Of a stretch of DNA of 64,000 nucleotides, positions 8,985 through 18,100 are shown one piece after another. This DNA comes from Clostridiales bacterium (GTDB taxonomy: Bacteria > Bacillota > Clostridia > Christensenellales > CAG-138), in NCBI GenBank assembly GCA_015056105.1, contig SVGX01000001.1, positions 33,023-97,022 on the forward strand, read 5' to 3'. Numbering within the stretch: the stretch's first letter is position 1; each line of letters opens with the position of its first letter. The notes under the pieces are model-generated. The model did no database searches. It saw nothing but the letters and a program-made list of their open reading frames with translations, and was not told the DNA's origin. The position numbers and the translations under genes are program-made.

Positions 8985-10580
8985 TTAGTTGGCGGAAGCG
9001 CCGGGAACGGGCAGCGTGGGATCGCCTGTGCCAACGGTCTTCTTGCCGGTAACGGCATTGTAAGTTTCTTCGTAGAGAACTTCGGTGGAATCGAGAGCAC
9101 CGTTGATGTAGATATCGCGGTAAGCGGTCACCTTATAGCCGGTGCGGGCGGAGACCGTTTCCTCTTCATAGCCAAGGGGCCATGCGGGCTCTTCGGTGAT
9201 GATGACCTCGCCGGGTGCAAGCTCTTCATCCACCTCGCCGCGCACCTTGTAAGTGATGCCTTCTTCAAGGGGCGCGCCGTAAATATAGATGGTGACGGTG
9301 TAGTTATCCTGATCGCAGTAGGCGAAGATATACACCGGCGCACCGGTATTGTTGACGAAATTAAGGCTCTTGCCGCTTTCCACGGTTCCCGTTACGGTAG
9401 AATCGAGGCCTTTGTCCACATAGCTGGAGGGCCAGGAATGATGTCTGCGCTCCGTGATGGAGATGCCGTCGATGTTTGCTGCCATGATCTCGTCAAGGGT
9501 GCTGCCGCGCTGCATGGAAGCGCCGGAGCAAAGCAGCGCATTGTAGAGGGTAGTGGAAACCTGGCAGATGCCGCCGCCGGCCTGGTCTTCGTAGCGTTCA
9601 CCGCTGACGATGCCCGGCGCAAGGGGCCAGCCGCCCTTTTCCGTGCGCGGGCCGATATAGGCGTTGAAGTGGAAAAGCTCGCCCTGTTCCACCTTGCAGC
9701 CGTTGAGCATGGTAACAGCGCGCTGAATATTGCCGACGCGCTTTTCGTTGCGGGCTGCGCGGCTGCCGCCGAAGCTCGTCTGGAATTCGGAGCGGTACTG
9801 TGTTGTGAGCTTCAGGTCTTCCACCGTGGTGGAGGGGGAAGCATATTCAAGCTCGGGGGTAAGGGTCGCCGTATACTGTTGCTGCTCCATCAGCGCAAGG
9901 ATCTCGCTGAAGAGCGCCTCCCGGTCAAGCACATAGCCGTCCTTTCCTTCGATATAGACGAAAGTGGGTGTGCCTGCAGCGCTATCCGCTTCTGCGTAAG
10001 GCTCAACGGGCGCAGTATCCAGCGCCGCGCCGATCATGGCGAGGCGGGAAAGCAGCGTATCGTGGTCCGGCACAAGGGCCGCTGTATAGGCGCGGCCGGT
10101 TTCTTCGATGTCCTTCTGTTCCCGGTCGTTTTGGAGCAAGGTGCCGGTGCGGCCAAGAAGCATTGCTTCATCAAGGATTATATCAAGATTGGTGGCAGGC
10201 GCCATATCAGCTGCGGTCAGTACCCAGAGGGAACTGCCGTGGCGCACGGTAATATTGATGGAGGAGACCGCTTCTTTCAGCTTTGCCCCGACCGTTTCTT
10301 CCGCTTCGGCGCGGGTCATGCCGGAAACATCGATGCCGTTGATGGTGATGCCGGGGATGAGAGTGCCGCTTTTTTGCATGGCGACAAGCTTTGCAGCATC
10401 GGGCTTTTCCACAAAAAGATGCACCGCAAGCAGCACCGTGAAAAGCAGTGCAAGGCCGATAACGGCCAATCGAACAAGGCCAACAAGCCGTCTGAGACGC
10501 TTGTAAGCCTGTTTGGCGCGGCTTTCCCGGGCGGTTCCGGGGTGCGTGCCTGAAGTGGGGGATCGTTTTTCCATTATCAT
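8985..10580 (-). CDS. VanW-domain protein, membrane-anchored (second paralogue)
   Basis: 531 aa with an N-terminal TM helix (LVGLVRLAVIGLALLFTVLLAV). The VanW core is GGGICQVSTTLYNALL...HHSWPSSYVDKGLDSTV. Confidence 0.85.
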   Translation of the reverse strand: MIMEKRSPTSGTHPGTARESRAKQAYKRLRRLVGLVRLAVIGLALLFTVLLAVHLFVEKPDAAKLVAMQKSGTLIPGITINGIDVSGMTRAEAEETVGAKLKEAVSSINITVRHGSSLWVLTAADMAPATNLDIILDEAMLLGRTGTLLQNDREQKDIEETGRAYTAALVPDHDTLLSRLAMIGAALDTAPVEPYAEADSAAGTPTFVYIEGKDGYVLDREALFSEILALMEQQQYTATLTPELEYASPSTTVEDLKLTTQYRSEFQTSFGGSRAARNEKRVGNIQRAVTMLNGCKVEQGELFHFNAYIGPRTEKGGWPLAPGIVSGERYEDQAGGGICQVSTTLYNALLCSGASMQRGSTLDEIMAANIDGISITERRHHSWPSSYVDKGLDSTVTGTVESGKSLNFVNNTGAPVYIFAYCDQDNYTVTIYIYGAPLEEGITYKVRGEVDEELAPGEVIITEEPAWPLGYEEETVSARTGYKVTAYRDIYINGALDSTEVLYEETYNAVTGKKTVGTGDPTLPVPGASAN

Positions 10581-10763
10581 AGTACCTCATTGAAAGTATA
10601 CTACAACTTTTGCAAATGGGCAACATGGTTGGACAATAACTTTTTTCTTTGCGGATTGTTCACAAATCCCCCGGCTTGTTAGATGGTAAAAAAAAGAGTA
10701 TACTATCATTGAGTAAATATGGGCAGCCATGCCCTTCAATACAGCAGCAAAAGAAAGAGAGGT

Positions 10764-12437
10764 ATGCGTTTGGCATCAAAATCCAAAGCAAAGCTGAAGA
10801 TCATCCCCCTTGGCGGTGTGGGTGAGATCGGCAAAAATATGACTGTAATCGAATACGGGAAGGATATCGTGGTCGTTGACTGCGGTCTGATCTTCCCGGA
10901 TGACGATATGCCCGGCATTGATCTTGTGATCCCGGATATGTCCTATCTTGAGAAAAATGCGGAAAAGCTGCGCGGCTTTCTGATCACCCACGGCCATGAG
11001 GACCATATCGGCGCGCTTCCCTATGCGCTTCGAAACTTCAATGTGCCGGTGTTCGGAACCCGCCTTACCACTGCCCTTATTGAGCATAAGCTCAGCGAAG
11101 CAAAGATCAAGCATGCGGATCTTCGCTGCATCAACCCGGGCGATAAGGTACAGCTTGGCTGCTTCGCGGTGGAGTTTATCAAAACAAGCCATTCCATCGC
11201 CGGCGCTGTAGCCCTTGCCATTACAACGCCTGTGGGTACGCTGATCCATACCGGCGACTTCAAGGTAGATTATACGCCTCTTGACGGTGAGCCCATTGAT
11301 GTGGCACGTTTTGCCCATTACGGTGCAAAGGGCGTGCTTGCGCTGATGAGCGATTCCACCAATGCGGAGCTTGCCGGTCATACACAGTCCGAACGGGAGA
11401 TCGGCAAGACCTTCGAACATTATTTTGAGATCGCAAAGGGCCGTGTTATTGTTGCTACTTTCGCCTCCAATATTTACCGCATCCAGCAGATTGCGGATGT
11501 GGCCATTGCCCACGGGCGGGTGATCTGCTTCCAGGGCCGCAGTATGGTGAATATCGCAAAAGTGGCAGGGGAACTCGGTTATCTCAATATCCCGGAAGAA
11601 AAGATCGTGGAGGTGGAAAAACTCCGCCGTATCGATGATGAAAAGGTCTGCGTCATTACCACCGGCAGCCAGGGCGAGCCCATGAGCGGATTGTTCCGCA
11701 TGGCAAACGCATCCCACCGGCTCAATATCGGCAAAGGGGATACGGTCATCATATCCGCTTCCTCCATTCCCGGCAATGAGATCGCCGTTTCCCGGGTCAT
11801 CAATCAGCTTTATCAAAAGGGCGCCAAAGTGGTTTACGATCCTATGGCGGATGTGCATGTATCCGGTCACGCAAGGCGGGAAGAGCTTCGCCTTATGTTC
11901 ACCCTTACGAAGCCCAAATTCTTTATTCCCGTGCATGGAGAGGCAAGACACCTTTACCAGCATGCGGAGCTTGCGGAGGGAATGGGCGTTCCCGGCGACA
12001 ACATCATCGTTTCCGAGATCGGCAATGTGATCGAACTCAACCGCAACAGCATCCGCGTCAACGGATCCGTGCAGGCGGGAAGCCTGATGATCGACGGCAA
12101 CAGCGTTGGTGAGATCGGCGACGTGGTCATCCGCGACAGGAAACTGCTTTCCGAAGAAGGCCTTTTTACCGCCGTCATCCTGCTCCGGAAGAAGACGGGC
12201 GCGCTCGTTGCTCCGGCGGAGATCATATCCCGCGGATTCGTATATCTGAAAAATTCCGAGGAACTGGTGCAGGAAGCCCGCGACCTTGTGACGGATCTTG
12301 CATCCCGGTTTGAGACTGCCCACCGCAGCGAGTGGTCTTCCATCAAGAACAACATCCGTTCTTCTCTGAAGAACTATCTTTACAACAAAACAAAGCGCAC
12401 CCCGATGATCGTTCCGATCATCATCGAGATCGACTGA
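10764..12437 (+). CDS. rnj: ribonuclease J
   Basis: The start was trimmed to MRLASKSKAKLKIIPLGGVGEIGKNM. It carries the metallo-beta-lactamase motif HGHEDHIGALP and a beta-CASP region. Confidence 0.9.
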   Translation: MRLASKSKAKLKIIPLGGVGEIGKNMTVIEYGKDIVVVDCGLIFPDDDMPGIDLVIPDMSYLEKNAEKLRGFLITHGHEDHIGALPYALRNFNVPVFGTRLTTALIEHKLSEAKIKHADLRCINPGDKVQLGCFAVEFIKTSHSIAGAVALAITTPVGTLIHTGDFKVDYTPLDGEPIDVARFAHYGAKGVLALMSDSTNAELAGHTQSEREIGKTFEHYFEIAKGRVIVATFASNIYRIQQIADVAIAHGRVICFQGRSMVNIAKVAGELGYLNIPEEKIVEVEKLRRIDDEKVCVITTGSQGEPMSGLFRMANASHRLNIGKGDTVIISASSIPGNEIAVSRVINQLYQKGAKVVYDPMADVHVSGHARREELRLMFTLTKPKFFIPVHGEARHLYQHAELAEGMGVPGDNIIVSEIGNVIELNRNSIRVNGSVQAGSLMIDGNSVGEIGDVVIRDRKLLSEEGLFTAVILLRKKTGALVAPAEIISRGFVYLKNSEELVQEARDLVTDLASRFETAHRSEWSSIKNNIRSSLKNYLYNKTKRTPMIVPIIIEID

Positions 12438-12460
12438 ATCACAAAAAAGGAGGCAGAAGC

Positions 12461-12805
12461 ATGCAGGTTTATGACAAAGCGCGGGAACTTTCCCGTCTTC
12501 TCGCGGAAAGCAGGGAGTATCAGGCATACAAAGAGACCCGTGAAAAGGCCCTCGTGAACGACACGACCAAAGCGCTCGTGAAGGAATACCACCAGCTGCA
12601 GATGCAGGCACAGGCGGCGATGGTGCAGGGAAAGAAGGATGATGCCGTGATGGAACGGCTGCAGAAAGTGGGCGAAGTGCTGCAGATGAACCGGGATGCT
12701 TCCGAATTTCTGATGGCGGAATACCGGCTGAACGTGATGCTCGGCGATGTTTACAAGATCCTTGCGGAGGCCATTGATGTAGACCTCAGCATGCTGGAAG
12801 GCTGA
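12461..12805 (+). CDS. YlbF/YmcA-family (UPF0342-like) regulatory protein
   Basis: 114 aa, helical (MQVYDKARELSRLLAESREYQAYKETREK...), with an SD AGGAGG 8 nt upstream. The family assignment is from remembered sequence character only. Confidence 0.6.
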   Translation: MQVYDKARELSRLLAESREYQAYKETREKALVNDTTKALVKEYHQLQMQAQAAMVQGKKDDAVMERLQKVGEVLQMNRDASEFLMAEYRLNVMLGDVYKILAEAIDVDLSMLEG

Positions 12806-12806
12806 T

Positions 12807-13979
12807 ATGGAATACGGAAGCGGCGGCAATAACCGCGAAAATCCGGATTTCAGGCGTGCGTGGCGGCGGATACGGCCGCTTATCGTGGCGCTTCTGAGCG
12901 TTGGAATCTGTGCGCTCATCCTTGTTGGCGGCGTAAAATTTGCCTATGAAAAGCTGTTTGCGCCCGTTGATCCGAGCGATGCGACGCCTATCACCGTGAC
13001 CATCAAGTCCAACTCCGGTGCATCCGCGATCGCCGGCGTGCTCTACAAGGCCGGCGGAACCGATGAAAACGGTGAGCAGCTGCCCGGACTTATTGCCAGC
13101 AAAACGGTCTTTAAAATCTATGCGGATTTTACCGGCAAGACCAGCAAGCTGAAGGCGGGCACCTATGTGCTTTCCCGCAACATGAGCGTCGGGCAGATCC
13201 TTGACATCATCTGCGAAGGCAACCCGCCAAGGACCACCATGCGCTTTACTACCACGGAAGGCATTACGGTGGAAGGGATCGCCGAAAAGCTCGTATCCCT
13301 CGGTGTGCTTGAAAACGAAGAGCAGTTCCTTTCCCTCTGTACGGACGGCGCTGCCTTCGATTATTCTTTCCTAAATGCCATCGAACAGAATCCGAAGCAG
13401 GCAAGGGATTATCTTCTTGAAGGCTATCTTTTCCCGGATACCTACGAGATCTATACCGATGAATCCGCCCAGTCCATCATCACGCGCCTTCTTGTACGCT
13501 TCCGCAACGTTTTTTCCGATGAATACGCGGCAAGAGCACAGGAACTTGGCATGACTCTTGATGAAGTCATCACCCTTGCTTCTCTGATCGAAAAAGAAGC
13601 GAAGATGGAAGGGGACTTCGCAAAGGTCTCCGCCGTGTTCCACAACCGTTTAAAGGAAGGGATGAAGCTGCAGTCCGATGCGCCGCTCAAGTACATTCTT
13701 GACACTACGGACAAGCTCACCTATACCGAAACGGAAATGCAGAACGACTCCCTTTACAATACCCATGTGCATGGAGGTCTGCCCCTTGGCCCCATCTGCA
13801 ATCCGGGCGAAAGGGCTATCAGGGCGGCGCTCTATCCGAACGAGGAATTTCTTTCGGAAGGCTATCTGTATTTCTGCCTGATGGATCCTTCCACCGGCGC
13901 GAACGCCTATGCGAGGACGCTTGAAGAACACAACGAAAACGTAGCACTTTACAGAGATTCATGGAACACAACACAATGA
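12807..13979 (+). CDS. mltG: endolytic murein transglycosylase MltG (YceG-like)
   Basis: 390 aa with an N-terminal TM helix. The YceG core is EGYLFPDTYE...ASLIEKEA...VFHNRL...LQSD. Confidence 0.9.
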   Translation: MEYGSGGNNRENPDFRRAWRRIRPLIVALLSVGICALILVGGVKFAYEKLFAPVDPSDATPITVTIKSNSGASAIAGVLYKAGGTDENGEQLPGLIASKTVFKIYADFTGKTSKLKAGTYVLSRNMSVGQILDIICEGNPPRTTMRFTTTEGITVEGIAEKLVSLGVLENEEQFLSLCTDGAAFDYSFLNAIEQNPKQARDYLLEGYLFPDTYEIYTDESAQSIITRLLVRFRNVFSDEYAARAQELGMTLDEVITLASLIEKEAKMEGDFAKVSAVFHNRLKEGMKLQSDAPLKYILDTTDKLTYTETEMQNDSLYNTHVHGGLPLGPICNPGERAIRAALYPNEEFLSEGYLYFCLMDPSTGANAYARTLEEHNENVALYRDSWNTTQ

Positions 13980-15214
13980 TGCGCAATGAAAAAAACAGCC
14001 TGCCGGAGCTTCTTGCCCCGGCAGGCAATATGGAACGCCTTGTGACCGCTTTTCGCTTCGGTGCGGATGCGGTCTATCTCGGTGCAGAAACGATGAGCCT
14101 TCGCAACTATGCGGATAATTTCACTGCGGATTCTCTGAAAGCCGCCTGCGAATATGCGCACGAGCGGGGCAAACGGGTCTATGTTGCCTGCAATGCTTTT
14201 GCGCGGGATGGGGATATCAAAGCCCTGCCGCGGCTTCTCGCGGAGCTGCGCGCTGCGGGTCCGGATGCGCTCATCGTAAACGATCCGGGTGTGATCCGCG
14301 TAGCAAGGGATACGGTGCCGGAGATCCCGCTGCATCTTAGCACCCAGGCGAACACCCTTAACAGCGAAGCAGCACTTTTCTGGCATGAAGCGGGCATCAA
14401 GCGCATCGTGCTTGCAAGGGAACTGCCCCTTGAAGCGGTGAAACAGATGCGTGCGGCTCTTCCCGAAAGTCTCGAGCTTGAGCTTTTCGTTCATGGTGCC
14501 ATGTGCGTTTCATACTCCGGCCGCTGTCTTCTGAGCAATTACATTGCCGGGCGGGATTCCAACCGGGGCGAGTGTGCGCAGCCCTGCCGCTGGACTTATG
14601 AACTGCGTGAACGCGGCCGCGATGGCGAATATTTCGGCATCGAGCAGGATGCGCTTGGCACCTATATCCTCAACGCAAGGGATATGAACCTCATCGAGCA
14701 TCTTCCCGAGGTCATTTCAACCGGTGCCTGCAGCCTGAAGATCGAAGGCCGCATGAAATCCATCGCCTATGTGGCAACGGTGGTGAATGCCTACCGCATG
14801 GCGCTTGATCTTTATGCAAAGGATCCTGCAGCGCCGGTGCCGCAGAGCATCGTGAAAGAGCTTGACTATGCAAGCCATCGCCCCTATACCACCGGCTTTG
14901 CCTTTGGCAGCGGCGGTGCAGATATGCAGGCCCCAAAGAGCGCGGACTATGTTTCTGATGCCCGTATCAGTGCGGTGGTGCTCGGCTACGACGAAAAGAC
15001 TAAGACCGCACACATCGCCCAACGCAACCGCTTTATGGACGGTGAAACGCTTTCCATTCTTTCCCCGGGCGATGTGGAGCGCAGCTTTGTTGTTTCCGGT
15101 ATCCGCAATGAAGCGGGGGAGATGCAGCAGGCTGCACCGCACCCGAAGCAGGTGCTGTACATCGGCTGCAGCGAGCCTTTAAAGGAAGGCGACCTGCTCA
15201 GAAAGATCAATTGA
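13976..15214 (+). CDS. peptidase U32 family protein
   Basis: ELLAPAGN...AVYLG...RELPLEAVKQM...ELFVHGAMCVSYSGRCLLSNY...RDSNRGECAQPCRW is typical of U32. The ATGA overlap with the mltG stop was chosen as the start; 13961 is also possible. Confidence 0.85.
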   Translation: MMRNEKNSLPELLAPAGNMERLVTAFRFGADAVYLGAETMSLRNYADNFTADSLKAACEYAHERGKRVYVACNAFARDGDIKALPRLLAELRAAGPDALIVNDPGVIRVARDTVPEIPLHLSTQANTLNSEAALFWHEAGIKRIVLARELPLEAVKQMRAALPESLELELFVHGAMCVSYSGRCLLSNYIAGRDSNRGECAQPCRWTYELRERGRDGEYFGIEQDALGTYILNARDMNLIEHLPEVISTGACSLKIEGRMKSIAYVATVVNAYRMALDLYAKDPAAPVPQSIVKELDYASHRPYTTGFAFGSGGADMQAPKSADYVSDARISAVVLGYDEKTKTAHIAQRNRFMDGETLSILSPGDVERSFVVSGIRNEAGEMQQAAPHPKQVLYIGCSEPLKEGDLLRKIN

Positions 15215-15247
15215 AATACCCTTTTGCAAGGAGAAGGAGGATATACC

Positions 15248-15700
15248 GTGAAACTTGCCAACGCTTTGATGGAACGCGCGGAGCTGCAGACGAAGATCCG
15301 CCAGCTTAAAATCCGCCTGATGAATAACGCCCAGGTGCAGGAAGGTGAGCGCCCTGCGGAAGACCCTGCGTTTCTGCTCAAAGAGCTTGAGGCTGCCTAT
15401 GCGGCCCTTGAAACGCTCATCGCCCGTATCAACCGTACCAACAGTGAAACGACGGTAAAGGGTGAAACGCTGACGGCCCTTCTTGCAAGGCGGGATTGCC
15501 TTGAAGGGAAAAACGATGCGCTTCGGGAATTCTCCGGTGCTGCCAGCGCACTTGTGAGCCGCCGTACCGTAGGTGAGATCAAGATCCGAAGTACCGTGGA
15601 TGTGCCGGCACTCCAAAAGGAGATCGACAGGCTTTCAAAGCAGCTTCGGGAGCTTGACGCTCTCATTCAGGAGACCAACTGGACAACGGAACTTTTATAA
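15248..15700 (+). CDS. DIP1984-family (septicolysin-like) helical protein
   Basis: GTG start 6 nt after GAAGGAGGA. VKLANALMERAELQTKIRQLKIRL... resembles the family from memory; not verifiable here. Confidence 0.55.
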   Translation: MKLANALMERAELQTKIRQLKIRLMNNAQVQEGERPAEDPAFLLKELEAAYAALETLIARINRTNSETTVKGETLTALLARRDCLEGKNDALREFSGAASALVSRRTVGEIKIRSTVDVPALQKEIDRLSKQLRELDALIQETNWTTELL

Positions 15701-15743
15701 GCCGAAAAGCGTGTAGCAAGCGGAGGCGGGCGAGATCTCTGCT

Positions 15744-15907
15744 GCGTGAGAATGACGCGGCATCAGCGGTGCGTGCGGGGACACGCGGGTTCAAATCCCA
15801 TTTTATCCTTACTCCCGGCACAGTAACATGCGCACCGTTACACCTTATTGTTTTCACCGTATCGCCGGTCCCTTTGCGAGGGTGGGCCGCGGGCAGTTTT
15901 CGGCATG
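15744..15907 (+). promoter_or_regulatory. orphan T-box-like leader (possible relic or ncRNA)
   Basis: TGAGAATGAC (15747-15756) is identical to the hisS leader at 154-163. There is an F-box-like CCGTTA (15835-15840) and a T-box-like GAGGGTGGGCCGCGGG (15878-15893), followed by a strong terminator. No plus-strand gene follows. Confidence 0.35.
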
Positions 15908-15941
15908 AAAAAGCCGGATGCGTTTTTTGCATCCGGCTTTT
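15908..15941. terminator. bidirectional terminator between DIP1984-family gene/T-box-like element and the convergent lipoprotein gene
   Basis: AAAAAGCCGGATGC-GTTTTTT-GCATCCGGCTTTT. Confidence 0.85.
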
Positions 15942-15952
15942 ATATTTCTGTT

Positions 15953-16735
15953 TTACAGCGTGAAGCCAAAGCCCATAGCTTCGATCTCCGCTGCCTTTTC
16001 GGAAAGTGCATCAATGGGGAAACCGCGCATCTGCACCACAAAATCCTTGGCTTCGCCGCTTTCAAACAGCGTGTTTTTCGTAAAATACCATGCGCCGAGG
16101 AAATCGCCGCTTTCATCGTAAAAACCGGTATGGATCACGTTCATGCCGCAGGCGGCATCGGCGGTCATGCGGCCCGAAAGGGTAGTGAAGGCGGGATAGT
16201 TATCCGCAAGGAAAAGGTTATCAAGGGAAAGAAGGATACGCATATCGCTTGCGGCCCTTACTGCGTTGATGGATGCGGAAAGGGTAACTTCCGTTTCCGC
16301 GGTGAAGCCGCTGTCTTCTTCCTGCAAAAGCCATGCGCTCAAAAAGGATGTTTCGCCGGGCAGCAGCACCGTATATTCTGCAAAGGCCGGGGTGAAGCTG
16401 TGCTCAATGGTGCCGCCCTCCACGGAAAAGGTAAATGCGGCAGAGCCGATGATGATGGGGCAGTCCCCGGTGTTTTCAAAGGCGATGGCGCCATAAAGGG
16501 TAAGCCCCTCCGTGCCTTCAAAAAACAGAGCGGCAGTATCGGTTATGGAAGCGGCGGCATTTTTGCCGTAGGATGGAGCTTCGGTCTCTGTGGAGAGCGG
16601 GCTGCCCGATCCCGGCGTTTCCTGCGGCACGGGGGAAGAGGAAACATCGGCAGGCACAACCTGCGGCTCATCCCCTTTGCAGGCGGTGAGCGTCAAAAGT
16701 GCAGCAATAATAAAGATAACAAGCAATTTTCTCAT
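15953..16735 (-). CDS. hypothetical lipoprotein
   Basis: The signal peptide plus lipobox MRKLLVIFIIAALLTLTAC is followed by a low-complexity linker. No family was recognised. The opposite-strand 309-aa ORF looks like G/R/K-rich antisense noise. Confidence 0.7.
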   Translation of the reverse strand: MRKLLVIFIIAALLTLTACKGDEPQVVPADVSSSPVPQETPGSGSPLSTETEAPSYGKNAAASITDTAALFFEGTEGLTLYGAIAFENTGDCPIIIGSAAFTFSVEGGTIEHSFTPAFAEYTVLLPGETSFLSAWLLQEEDSGFTAETEVTLSASINAVRAASDMRILLSLDNLFLADNYPAFTTLSGRMTADAACGMNVIHTGFYDESGDFLGAWYFTKNTLFESGEAKDFVVQMRGFPIDALSEKAAEIEAMGFGFTL

Positions 16736-16742
16736 ACCGCAT

Positions 16743-16751
16743 ATTATAGCA
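16743..16751 (-). promoter_or_regulatory. extended -10 element (TGcTATAAT) placed 7 nt from the lipoprotein ATG
   Basis: The reverse complement of 16733-16751 reads TGCTATAATATGCGGTATG. No SD is present. Confidence 0.4.
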
Positions 16752-16806
16752 CAGCGGCTTCAAACCGTCCACAATGACAAGGTGCAAAGCTATTGGATTT
16801 CTTGAA

Positions 16807-16835
16807 TTGGCAGAAGCTGGCGTATGTGTTAAAAT
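16807..16835 (+). promoter_or_regulatory. candidate promoter of pgk-tpiA-gpmI
   Basis: TTGGCA (16807-16812), a 17-nt spacer, then TAAAAT (16830-16835), preceded by TGTGT. Confidence 0.5.
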
Positions 16836-16886
16836 AGTATCGGTGAAAATAGGTTTAACATTTTATGCTCAGGAGGATAGATTATC

Positions 16887-18074
16887 ATGGCAAAAAAGAC
16901 AGTTACGGATGTTGCCGTTCAGGGCAAGCGTGTGCTTGTTCGCGTGGATTACAATGTGCCCCTTAACGAAAAGGGCGAAGTCAGCGATGATAAGCGCATC
17001 GTTGCTTCCATGCCCACTGTGAAATACCTGATCGAAAACGGTGCCCGCATTATCCTTTGCTCCCATCTCGGCCGCCCGAAGGGCGAGCGTAAGATCGAGT
17101 TTTCCATGAAACCCGTTGCGGATCGTCTTGCTGCGCTGCTGCCGGATGTGAAGATCACCTTTGCTTCCGACTGCATCGGCGAAGAGGCCAAAGAAAAGGC
17201 AGCTGCCCTTCAGGATGGAGAGATCCTGCTCCTTGAAAATCTCCGCTTCCACAAGGGCGAGGAAAAGAACGATCCCGCCTTTGCAAAGGAACTTGCTTCC
17301 CTTGCGGAAATTTATGTTTCCGATGCTTTCGGCACCGTACACCGTGCACATGCTTCCACCGCGGGTGTTGCCGCTTACCTTCCCGCTGTTTCCGGCTTTC
17401 TGATCGGCAAGGAGCTTGACATTATGGGTGAGGCTCTTGAAAATCCGCAGCGTCCCTTCGTGGCGATCCTCGGCGGCGCGAAGGTAGCGGATAAGATCGG
17501 CGTGATCAAAAACCTGCTCAAGAAGTGCGATACCCTTATCGTGGGCGGCGGCATGGCTTATACCTTCTTCAAGGCCATGGGCTATGAGATCGGCGATTCC
17601 CTTCTTGATGCGGAGTCCATCGATCTTGCAAAGGAACTGATGGCGGAGGCGAAGGAGCGGGGCGTCAAGCTGCTTCTTCCCATCGACACTGTGGTCGCCG
17701 AGACCTTTGCGGCGGATGCACCGCATAAGACCGTCAAGTCTTCCGAGATCCCCGCGAACTGGCAGGGCCTTGACATCGGTGAAGAGACCCGCGCTCTCTT
17801 TGCTGAGGCCATCAGGAAGGCAAAAACCGTTATCTGGAACGGCCCCATGGGCGTGTTTGAATTCCCGGCCTTTGCGAAGGGTACCGCTGCCGTAGCGGAA
17901 GCCTGCGCGGAATGCGAAGGGACCACCATCATCGGCGGCGGCGACAGCGCCAGCGCTGTGAAAAAGCTCGGCTATGCTGCGAAGATGACCCATATCTCTA
18001 CCGGCGGCGGCGCAAGCCTTGAATTCCTTGAAGGCAAAGTGCTTCCCGGTGTGGCAGCCCTCAACAACAAATAA
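16887..18074 (+). CDS. pgk: phosphoglycerate kinase
   Basis: 395 aa. RVDYNVPL...SHLGRPKG...GGGMAYTF...[13 protein letters not shown]. Confidence 0.95.
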   Translation: MAKKTVTDVAVQGKRVLVRVDYNVPLNEKGEVSDDKRIVASMPTVKYLIENGARIILCSHLGRPKGERKIEFSMKPVADRLAALLPDVKITFASDCIGEEAKEKAAALQDGEILLLENLRFHKGEEKNDPAFAKELASLAEIYVSDAFGTVHRAHASTAGVAAYLPAVSGFLIGKELDIMGEALENPQRPFVAILGGAKVADKIGVIKNLLKKCDTLIVGGGMAYTFFKAMGYEIGDSLLDAESIDLAKELMAEAKERGVKLLLPIDTVVAETFAADAPHKTVKSSEIPANWQGLDIGEETRALFAEAIRKAKTVIWNGPMGVFEFPAFAKGTAAVAEACAECEGTTIIGGGDSASAVKKLGYAAKMTHISTGGGASLEFLEGKVLPGVAALNNK

Positions 18075-18100
18075 GTTTTCTTAAAGGAGAATCAATCCAT

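Noticed and set aside
15770-15815. tRNA-like T-arm sequence GCGGGTTCAAATCCC, considered as a tRNA or tRNA-Sec gene
   Set aside because: The T-stem does not pair (GCGGG vs CCCAT), and no acceptor stem or anticodon arm can be drawn. It is more likely part of the T-box-like element's structure or chance similarity.
15848-16777. 309-aa plus-strand ORF that could have been the gene regulated by the T-box-like element
   Set aside because: It starts inside the T-box-like element and the terminator lies within it. The translation is G/R/K-rich junk, and the opposite strand encodes a coherent lipoprotein with signal peptide and lipobox.
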